The notes beneath the pieces were generated by a model. The model saw nothing but the letters and a program-made list of their open reading frames with translations, was not told the origin of the DNA and did not search any database. From positions 13,681 through 77,680 of the forward strand of contig CAVVSU010000003.1 in assembly GCA_963751015.1 (NCBI GenBank): a DNA stretch of 64,000 nt, read 5' to 3'. A program made the translations under genes and the position numbers. This DNA comes from an uncultured Actinomycetes bacterium (GTDB lineage Bacteria > Actinomycetota > Thermoleophilia > Solirubrobacterales > 70-9). Positions 55,400-64,000 of this stretch are shown piece after piece; the stretch's first letter is position 1, and each line of letters starts with the position of its first letter.

Positions 55400-56785
55400 T
55401 CAGTCGGCAGGCGGCCAGGGCTGGGACCAGTGACCGGTCCCGCGGAGCAGCTTCTCGGCCTCTTCCGGACCCCAGGTCCCAGGCTCGTAGGGGAGCACCG
55501 GGCCCGGCTCGTCGAGCAGCGGCTGGACCACGCGCCAGGTCTCCTCGATCGCGCTCTGGCGGGTGAAGAGCTGGTGGTTGCCGGTGAGGGCGTCGCCGAG
55601 CAGGCGCTCGTAGGGCTCCGGGTCCTCGCCCGGCACCTTCTCGAACAGGACCTCCATGTCGGCGGCCTGGAAGGTCTCCTCGCCGGCCTGCTTCGCGTAG
55701 AGGCGGATTCGCGCGCCCGCCTCCGGCTCGATCCGGATCGTCAGCTGGTTCGGTTCCGGCGTCTTGCCGCGGCCGACCCCGAGCCGCGGCGGCCGCTTGA
55801 AGAAGACGCTCACCTCGCTGACCTTGACCGGCAGGTTCTTGCCGGCGCGGACGAAGAACGGCACCCCCGCCCAGCGCCAGTTGTCGACCGCGAGCTCGAC
55901 CGCGGCGAAAGTCTCGGTCTGCGAGTCGGCCGCCACGTCCTTGACGTCGAGGAAGCCGTCGTACTGGCCGCGCACGTAGCGCTTCGGGTCCGCCGCGCAC
56001 ATCGCCTTGAAGAACTCGAGCTTCTTGTCGCGGACACTGTCGGGATGGTTGCCGGTCGGCGGCTCCATGCCGACGATCCCCAGCACCTGCAGGGCGTGGT
56101 TCTGGATCACGTCGCGCATCGCCCCGACGGCGTCGTAGAAGCGGCCGCGATCGTCAACCCCGAAGTTCTCGGCGATCGTCATCTGCACGTGGGAGACGTG
56201 CTCGCGGTTCCAGACCGGCTCGAGGATCGCGTTGGCGAAGCGCAGGTAGGTGATGTCGAGCACCGGCTCCTTGCCGAGGTAGTGGTCGATGCGCAGGATC
56301 TGCTCCTCGCGCAGGACCGAGCACAGCTCGGAGTTGAGCTTGCGCGCCGATTCGAGGTCGTGGCCGAAGGGCTTCTCGATCACCACGTGGGCGTTCTCGG
56401 TAAGCCCGGCCTTGCCGAGGCCCTGGACGACCGTGGCGAACAGCGAGGGCGGGATCTCCAGGTAGAAGACGGGATTCTTGGCGTCGCCGAGCGCCTTCCC
56501 GACCCGCTCGAAGGTGTCGGCGTCCCCGTAGTCGCCCTGGACGTAGGTGAGCCGCGCCGCAAGCCGCGAGAAGACGTCCTCGTCGGGCTCGGCGACGGAG
56601 GCGCCGATCGCGTCGCGGGCGTGCTGGCGCAGCTGCTCGTCGTCCCACTCGTCGATCGCGACGCCGACGATCGGGCAGTCGAGCTTGCCGCGCTCCTCCA
56701 GCTTGTAGAGCGCCCGGAAGGTCATTTTCTTCGCCAGGTCGCCGCTGATCCCGAAGATCGCCAGCACGTCGGCCACGTCGCTCAT
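55400..56785 (-). CDS. zwf: Glucose-6-phosphate 1-dehydrogenase (track ORF extends to 56884)
   Basis: FGISGDLAKKMTF and the LRIDHYLGKE signature. Start chosen at MSDVADV (ATG at 56785). Confidence 0.9.
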   Translation of the reverse strand: MSDVADVLAIFGISGDLAKKMTFRALYKLEERGKLDCPIVGVAIDEWDDEQLRQHARDAIGASVAEPDEDVFSRLAARLTYVQGDYGDADTFERVGKALGDAKNPVFYLEIPPSLFATVVQGLGKAGLTENAHVVIEKPFGHDLESARKLNSELCSVLREEQILRIDHYLGKEPVLDITYLRFANAILEPVWNREHVSHVQMTIAENFGVDDRGRFYDAVGAMRDVIQNHALQVLGIVGMEPPTGNHPDSVRDKKLEFFKAMCAADPKRYVRGQYDGFLDVKDVAADSQTETFAAVELAVDNWRWAGVPFFVRAGKNLPVKVSEVSVFFKRPPRLGVGRGKTPEPNQLTIRIEPEAGARIRLYAKQAGEETFQAADMEVLFEKVPGEDPEPYERLLGDALTGNHQLFTRQSAIEETWRVVQPLLDEPGPVLPYEPGTWGPEEAEKLLRGTGHWSQPWPPAD

Positions 56786-56812
56786 CGGCCGCAGGCTATC
56801 CCTCCCCGCGCC

Positions 56813-56857
56813 CGAGACCGCAAACGAGGTCGATATGCGATCCCGTTTGCGGTCTCG
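56813..56857. promoter_or_regulatory. 14-bp perfect inverted repeat in the zwf / gnd-pgl divergent control region
   Basis: CGAGACCGCAAACG (56813-56826) pairs with CGTTTGCGGTCTCG (56844-56857) across a 17-nt spacer. Confidence 0.45.
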
Positions 56858-56906
56858 CTGAAAGTACGATGCTCCCAGTGCCACCCACCCCTACCGCGGA
56901 GGTCTC

Positions 56907-57923
56907 ATGGAACTAGGAATCGTCGGCCTCGGACGGATGGGGGCCAACATGGCACGGCGCCTGCTGCGCGACGGCCACAAGATCGTCGCCTTCGACGTCA
57001 ATCCCGACGCGGTCTCGCAGCTGGCCGGCGAGGGCGCCGAGGGCGCCTCCTCGCTGGAGGACATGGCCTCGAAGCTGAGCGCGCCGCGCTCGGTCTGGGT
57101 GATGGTCCCCGCCGGCGGGATCACCGAGCAGACGGTCGACGACGTCGCCGCGGTGCTGGAGTCCGGCGACGCGATCGTCGACGGCGGCAACTCCTACTAC
57201 CGCGACGACATCCGCCGCGCCGCGAAGGTGGGAGAGAAGGGGATCGACTACGTCGACTGCGGGACCAGCGGCGGCGTCTTCGGGCTCGAGCGCGGCTACT
57301 GCCTGATGATCGGCGGCCCTGACCGCGCCGTCGAGCGCCTCGACCCGATCTTCGCCAGCCTCGCGCCCGGGGTCGAGTCGGCCGAGCGCACCCCGGGCCG
57401 CTCCGGGGACCCCTCGCCCTCGGAGAACGGCTATCTCCATTGCGGCCCGAACGGGGCCGGCCACTTCGTGAAGATGGTCCACAACGGGATCGAGTACGGG
57501 GTGATGGCCGCCTATGCCGAGGGCCTCAACATCCTCAAGAACGCCAATGCCGGCAAGGTCGAGCGCGAGGCCGATGCCGAGACGGCGCCGCTCGACCATC
57601 CCGAGTACTACCAGTACGACCTCGACCTGCCGGAGGTCGCCGAGGTCTGGCGCCGCGGCAGCGTGATCGGCTCCTGGCTGCTCGACCTGACCGCGGCGGC
57701 GCTGCAGGACTCCGCCGACCTGGAGGAGTTCACCGGCCGCGTCTCCGACTCCGGCGAGGGTCGCTGGACGGCGATCGCGGCGATCGACGAGGGGGTGCCG
57801 ACCCCGGTCCTGACCACCGCCCTGCACGAGCGCTTCTACTCGCGCGGGCTCGGCGACTTCGGCGACAAAGTCCTCTCGGCGATGCGCAAACAGTTCGGCG
57901 GGCACGACGAGAAGGCGAGCTGA
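56907..57923 (+). CDS. gnd: 6-phosphogluconate dehydrogenase (decarboxylating), short Gnd-like form
   Basis: GIVGLGRMGANMARRL (Rossmann), GGNSYY and HFVKMVHNGIEYG. Confidence 0.9.
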   Translation: MELGIVGLGRMGANMARRLLRDGHKIVAFDVNPDAVSQLAGEGAEGASSLEDMASKLSAPRSVWVMVPAGGITEQTVDDVAAVLESGDAIVDGGNSYYRDDIRRAAKVGEKGIDYVDCGTSGGVFGLERGYCLMIGGPDRAVERLDPIFASLAPGVESAERTPGRSGDPSPSENGYLHCGPNGAGHFVKMVHNGIEYGVMAAYAEGLNILKNANAGKVEREADAETAPLDHPEYYQYDLDLPEVAEVWRRGSVIGSWLLDLTAAALQDSADLEEFTGRVSDSGEGRWTAIAAIDEGVPTPVLTTALHERFYSRGLGDFGDKVLSAMRKQFGGHDEKAS

Positions 57924-57924
57924 G

Positions 57925-58590
57925 GTGCCGATCGAGCTCGAGGTCGCCGGCGACGAAAAGGCCGCCGCGCGCCGCGCCGCCGAGCTGATCGCTGCCGCCG
58001 GCGCCGAGGCGGCGGCCGAGCGCAACCACTTCCCATTGGCGATGAGCGGTGGCCGCTCGCCCTGGGCGATGCTGGCGATCCTCGGCGAACTCGAGGCGAT
58101 GCCCTGGGACCGGACCGAGCTCTTCCAGGTCGACGAGCGCGTCGCCTCGCCCGGCAGCCCCGACCGCAACCTCACCCACATGGTCCTCGGCCTCTCGATG
58201 GACCACCAGGCGACGCTGCGGCCGATGCCGGTCACCCAGCGCGACCGCGATGCCGCGGCGCGCGAGTACGAAACCTCCCTGCCCGAGCGCTTCGACCTTC
58301 TCCACCTCGGCCTCGGCCCCGACGGCCACACCGCCTCGCTGGTGCCCGGCGACCCCGTCCTCGAGGTCTCCGACCGCCGCGTCGCCATCACCGGCGAGTA
58401 CCAGGGCCACCCCCGCATGACCCTCACCTACCCCGCGATCGACGACGCCCGCCGCATCGTCTGGCTCGTCACCGGCCCCGACAAGCGCGAGCCGCTGCAG
58501 AAGCTCCTCGCCGGCGACGAATCGATCCCGGCGGGTCGGGTTCGCAACGAGAACATGATCGTGGTGGCGGACGAGGCGGCCGCCGGATAG
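57925..58590 (+). CDS. pgl: 6-phosphogluconolactonase
   Basis: AMSGGRSP and LLHLGLGPDGHTASLVPGDP signatures. GTG start 1 nt after the gnd stop. Confidence 0.85.
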   Translation: MPIELEVAGDEKAAARRAAELIAAAGAEAAAERNHFPLAMSGGRSPWAMLAILGELEAMPWDRTELFQVDERVASPGSPDRNLTHMVLGLSMDHQATLRPMPVTQRDRDAAAREYETSLPERFDLLHLGLGPDGHTASLVPGDPVLEVSDRRVAITGEYQGHPRMTLTYPAIDDARRIVWLVTGPDKREPLQKLLAGDESIPAGRVRNENMIVVADEAAAG

Positions 58591-58618
58591 ATGTTAGCGA
58601 ATTCGCTAACATCTATCC
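58585..58618. promoter_or_regulatory. 34-bp perfect AT-rich palindrome, a likely operator of the downstream XRE gene
   Basis: GGATAGATGTTAGCGAATTCGCTAACATCTATCC. It overlaps the pgl stop codon (TAG 58588-58590) and ends 1 nt before the XRE ATG (58619). Confidence 0.7.
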
Positions 58619-58954
58619 ATGCCTTCTGCAGCGCTGCTAGCCAACATCCTCGATCAAAGCGGGGTTACCCAAGCTGAGCTTGCCCGCCGGGCGGGCATAC
58701 CCCGGTCGGTCCTGAACGCTTACCTCAAGGGCCACCGAGAGCCTGGCGGCGATGCTCTGCTCCGCATCGCCGCAGCCGGCGGGGTGCAGCTGGGAATCAA
58801 GGAGCGGAAGCCCCCCGTCGATCCTCAGCGGGCCAGCGAGATCTTGATCCAGGTGCTCGGATTGGCGGAGGCGCTTCCGTACCGACCGCGGGCGGAAATG
58901 GCATACCCACCGTTGAAGGACCGGCTTGCGGGAGCGGCCACGCATGAACCCTGA
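58619..58954 (+). CDS. XRE-family HTH protein, putative antitoxin
   Basis: LANILDQSGVTQAELARRAGIPRSVLNAYLKGHREPGGDALLRIAAAGG is a Cro/C1-type HTH. Confidence 0.75.
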   Translation: MPSAALLANILDQSGVTQAELARRAGIPRSVLNAYLKGHREPGGDALLRIAAAGGVQLGIKERKPPVDPQRASEILIQVLGLAEALPYRPRAEMAYPPLKDRLAGAATHEP

Positions 58955-59495
58955 GCTCGTCGAAAAGCTCCTGGCGATTCATGCGGCCCTCAAAGGCCGA
59001 TCGCTGCCGCATGCCTTTGGGGGCGCGATCGCCCTCGCCTACTGCGTGCAGGAGCCACGCGGGACCCGCGATCTCGACGTCAACATCTTCGTCGACGCCG
59101 AGAAGGCAGCCGATGTGCTGGCGGCCCTCCCGGATGGGGTGCGGGTGGAGGAGGCCGATGTCGAGAAAGTGGTTCGCGAGGGGCAAGCGCGCCTCTTCTG
59201 GGACGGAGTGCCGGTCGACGTATTCCTCAACAACCTGCCCCTGCACGAGGAGGTTGCAAACGGCATCCTCTGGGTCGACATGCAGGGGACTCAGGTCCCG
59301 GTCCTCGATTGCGCCTCGCTGGTGATCTTCAAGTCCTTCTTCGCCCGCACCCGCGATTGGGGTGACATCGAGGACGTCGCGCTCGCCACCCCCGAGGATG
59401 TCGACATGGCGGTCAAGGCGGTCGCTGCTCTCGTCGGCGCGGATGACCCGTCCTACAAACGCCTGGCGGAGATCTCCGCCGCCAACCCACCCTGA
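58944..59495 (+). CDS. Nucleotidyltransferase-fold protein, putative toxin partner (track ORF starts at the TTG at 58926)
   Basis: HAFGGAIALAYCVQEPRGTRDLDVNIFVD has the NTase GG...DxD core, the same architecture as 25275..25913. Its ATG at 58944 overlaps the XRE gene by 11 nt. Confidence 0.6.
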   Translation: MNPELVEKLLAIHAALKGRSLPHAFGGAIALAYCVQEPRGTRDLDVNIFVDAEKAADVLAALPDGVRVEEADVEKVVREGQARLFWDGVPVDVFLNNLPLHEEVANGILWVDMQGTQVPVLDCASLVIFKSFFARTRDWGDIEDVALATPEDVDMAVKAVAALVGADDPSYKRLAEISAANPP

Positions 59496-59503
59496 ATTCG
59501 CCT

Positions 59504-59538
59504 GTCGCTTTTGTGGCCTCAGAGGCCACAAAAGCGAC
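59504..59538. terminator. 17-bp-stem hairpin between the convergent NTase and FAD-oxidase genes
   Basis: GTCGCTTTTGTGGCCTC-A-GAGGCCACAAAAGCGAC. There is no clear U-tract on either strand. Confidence 0.4.
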
Positions 59539-59546
59539 ATGACCCT

Positions 59547-60914
59547 TCAAGCAGCCGGATCGAGCGAGACGGCGTGGTTGCCGAAGACGCGGCCGTCGGG
59601 GTCCCATCGGCGCTTGACGTCGGCGAGGCGGGCGCAGACGTCGGCGGGGAGGATCGCGTCGGTGTCGCAGGCGCGGTCGGCGAAGTTGAAGTAGCCGCCG
59701 TCGGCCGCCCAGGGCTCCATCGCCTCGGTCATGCGGTCGAGGCCCGCGTCGACGGCCGCCGCCATCTCCGGATTCATCGCCATCCCGACCCCGTACATCA
59801 CCCAGCCGGCGTCGAGGTGCGAGAGCGCGCCGCCTTCGGGGTCGGGCCGGCCAATGGCGCCGCCGAGCTGCCGCAGCTCGGACAGCAGCAGAGGCGTGTT
59901 TGAGGCCGGGCCGACGGCACCGACCCAGGCGTCGATCGCCTCGTCGGAGAGCTCGCGCAGGACCCGGTGGTGGCCGTGTCCCGGGACCGGCTGCTCGGGG
60001 TCCATGTGGATATGGCAGAGCCCGGGTGCCGGGATCTGGCCGAAGGTGTCGAGGATCGGCTCGCCGATCTCGCGCAGCGGCGCGATCGCCGCCTCCCCCG
60101 CCGCCTGGCCGCCGATGCAGGCGGCGTCGATCACCAGCAGCGCTTTGCCGCGCAGGAACTCGGGGACGTCGGGGATGTCCGGCGGCCGCAGGAAGCGGAT
60201 GATCGAGGTGACGTCCTCGGAGACGCCGGCGGCCCAGTCGCGGTAGGCTCGGACCCCGTCCGCGCCGACATCGGCCGGAAACAGCAGCGCCCCGGCGTAG
60301 ACCTCCGCCAGCGGCACCAGGTTCACGTGCAGCGCGGTCACCACGCCGAAGTCCCCGCCGCCGCCCCGCAGCGCCCAGAAGAGGTCCGGCTCGCTCTCGG
60401 CGTCGACCGTCCGCTCCTCGCCGTCGGCGGTGACCAGCTCCACCGCCCGCAGCCGGTTGCAGGCGAGGCCGTAGCGCCGGCCGAGCCAGCTCAGCCCGCC
60501 GCCGAGCGTGAAGCCGGTGACGCAGACGTCGGGCGAGGACCCAGGCAGCGAGCAGAGGTCGTGGGCGGCGGCCGCTTCGACCAGCTCCAGCGAGAGGACC
60601 CCGGCTTCGACCCGCGCCGTTTGTGCCTCCGCGTCGACCTCGATGCCCCGCATCCGCTCGGTCTTGACGAGGATCGTGCCCTCCGGGATCCGCAGCGAGA
60701 GGGCGCCGTGGCCGCTTCCCTGGGCGGTCACCCGCAGCCCGTTTTCGGCGGCGAAGCGGACCACCGCGGCGACGTCGCCGGCGCTCTCGACGAAGGCGAC
60801 GGCGGAGGGGTGCTGGTCGGCGGCGAGGTTCCAGGCTTGACGCGCCTGGTCCCAGTCGGCGTCGTCGGGCGTGGCGAGGCGGCCGGCGATCGCCAGCCCG
60901 CTGAAATCGGTCAT
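59547..60914 (-). CDS. FAD-binding (PCMH/BBE-type) oxidoreductase
   Basis: ...AVVRFAAENGLRVTAQGSGHG..., ...GGGLSWLGRRYGL..., and a C-terminal BBE-like ...VKRRWDPDGRF tail. Confidence 0.85.
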   Translation of the reverse strand: MTDFSGLAIAGRLATPDDADWDQARQAWNLAADQHPSAVAFVESAGDVAAVVRFAAENGLRVTAQGSGHGALSLRIPEGTILVKTERMRGIEVDAEAQTARVEAGVLSLELVEAAAAHDLCSLPGSSPDVCVTGFTLGGGLSWLGRRYGLACNRLRAVELVTADGEERTVDAESEPDLFWALRGGGGDFGVVTALHVNLVPLAEVYAGALLFPADVGADGVRAYRDWAAGVSEDVTSIIRFLRPPDIPDVPEFLRGKALLVIDAACIGGQAAGEAAIAPLREIGEPILDTFGQIPAPGLCHIHMDPEQPVPGHGHHRVLRELSDEAIDAWVGAVGPASNTPLLLSELRQLGGAIGRPDPEGGALSHLDAGWVMYGVGMAMNPEMAAAVDAGLDRMTEAMEPWAADGGYFNFADRACDTDAILPADVCARLADVKRRWDPDGRVFGNHAVSLDPAA

Positions 60915-60933
60915 CTAGGAGTCTCCTTCTGGC

Positions 60934-63053
<2,120 letters not shown>

Positions 63054-63065
63054 GGCTTCTCTTTC

Positions 63066-63116
63066 GCCGACGGTACGAAAACCGGTTAGAGGCAGACCGG
63101 TTTTCGTCCCGTCGGC
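63066..63116 (+). terminator. Stem-loop terminator after ahcY
   Basis: GCCGACGGTACGAAAACCGGT-tagaggcag-ACCGGTTTTCGTCCCGTCGGC (20-bp stem with one mismatch) is followed by GCTTTAA. Confidence 0.55.
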
Positions 63117-63132
63117 GCTTTAACGTCGGCAC

Positions 63133-63720
63133 ATGGACCCCCGGCTCTGGATCTCCTCCAGCGGTGAGGCGCCGCACTCCGTCGCGCTGAGCGCCGAGCG
63201 GACCGTGGTCGGGCGCTCGCCCGAGGCCGACGTCGTCCTCGATGACGAGGCGGTCTCCTGGAACCACCTGGAGATCGAGCGCCGCGGCGACGTGCTGATG
63301 GCGACCGACCTCGACAGCCGCAACGGCACCGGGCTGAACGGCGAGCCGCTGGACCGGCCGCGGCGCCTCCGCGACGGCGACACCCTGATCGTCGGCGGCC
63401 ACCGGCTGGAAGTGAAGACGGGATCGGTGACTCCTGTCGGCGCCACCGTCGCCGCCAGCGAGCCGGCGGTCGCGCTCAGCGACGAGGAGCGCGCGACCGC
63501 CGCCGCCCTGGTCGCGCCGTACCGCAGCGAGGGCGCATTCGCCGGCCGCCCCGCCACCCGCGCCGAGATCGCCGCCGAGCTCCACGTCTCCGAGCGCACC
63601 GCCCAGCGCCGCCTCGACGCCCTCGCCGCCAAGCTCGACGTCGCCGGCGACGCCGGCCGCGACCGCCCGAGGCAGATCGCCGCCCGCGTCATCGAGCTCG
63701 GCCTCGACCGTCCGCGCTGA
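63133..63720 (+). CDS. FHA-domain protein with a C-terminal HTH-like region
   Basis: RTVVGRSPEADVVLDDEAVSWNHLEIERRGDVLMATDLDSRNGTGLNGE is the FHA core. The C-terminus ...RAEIAAELHVSERTAQRRLDAL is HTH-like. Confidence 0.8.
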   Translation: MDPRLWISSSGEAPHSVALSAERTVVGRSPEADVVLDDEAVSWNHLEIERRGDVLMATDLDSRNGTGLNGEPLDRPRRLRDGDTLIVGGHRLEVKTGSVTPVGATVAASEPAVALSDEERATAAALVAPYRSEGAFAGRPATRAEIAAELHVSERTAQRRLDALAAKLDVAGDAGRDRPRQIAARVIELGLDRPR

Positions 63721-63761
63721 GTACCGCTCCAACGGCGGGGGCCGCGTGTTCCAGGTGCATC

Positions 63762-64000
63762 ATGCGCCGGCCCGGGACAATCGTCATCGCCCTCGCGTTT
63801 CTCGCTTGCCTTCTGCTCGCCGCGACGGCGTCGGCAGCCACCACTCGACCGATCGTCTACGGCAAAACCCAGTGGGAATGGCCGGGGGAAGGGCTTCCGC
63901 TGCGCCAATGGGGCGGGCTCTACGCATCGGGTAAGGGTGAGCCTCGGCAGCTCACCGAGCACCCCGGGGATAGGGAACCAAACGTCTCGCCCAGCGGCGA
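63762..64000 (+). CDS. Secreted hypothetical protein, 5' fragment (runs off the window)
   Basis: The ATG at 63762 opens MRRPGTIVIALAFLACLLLAATASAATTRPIVYGK..., a clear signal peptide. The frame is open to position 64000. Confidence 0.5.
   Translation, partial: MRRPGTIVIALAFLACLLLAATASAATTRPIVYGKTQWEWPGEGLPLRQWGGLYASGKGEPRQLTEHPGDREPNVSPSG

Overview
The window is a 64 kb, very high-GC (about 70% by eye, not computed) chromosomal segment of actinobacterial type. It looks Thermoleophilia/Rubrobacteria-like, but that taxonomic guess is inference only. Functions were assigned by reading the supplied translations and my own hand translations for motifs; no database search was possible.

Most of the window is ordinary core metabolism and transport:
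- ferredoxin, the Mrp/ApbC Fe-S carrier, cyclophilin and pyruvate kinase
- an enoyl-CoA hydratase plus thioesterase
- three intact DHA2-type MFS transporters
- OsmC, a P450 next to a large LuxR/LAL regulator, and an E2 acyltransferase
- RecQ, EfeOB, a zwf / gnd-pgl pentose-phosphate cluster, rpiA and ahcY

There are three tRNA genes: Ser-TGA, Ser-GCT and Arg-ACG. I found no rRNA, CRISPR array or transposase.

Several lower-GC accessory inserts are embedded in this backbone:
1. Two tandem integrative islands lie downstream of tRNA-Arg(ACG), at 18.1-26.0 kb. They are delimited by a perfect 48-bp repeat of the tRNA 3' half and a third, degenerate copy. The first island carries xis/int, four small DNA-binding proteins and an uncharacterised cargo module: a GNAT-like protein, an orphan 230-aa protein and an XRE-HTH/ImmA-IrrE metalloprotease fusion. 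The second island retains only a wHTH + nucleotidyltransferase (AbiE-like) pair.
2. A second XRE + nucleotidyltransferase cassette sits behind a 34-bp perfect palindrome, wedged after pgl.
3. There are also VapBC and DUF4160/DUF2442 cassettes.

Other signals:
- a ydaO-type (c-di-AMP) riboswitch-like leader upstream of an NlpC/P60 hydrolase
- two G-rich inverted-repeat elements of one apparent family
- a striking local cluster of about a dozen frameshifts confined to three adjacent genes at 6.8-10.6 kb, which is either decay or local consensus error
- an orphan intrinsic terminator in a structured non-coding stretch

My best candidate for an undescribed system is the island cargo module at 21.5-24.1 kb.
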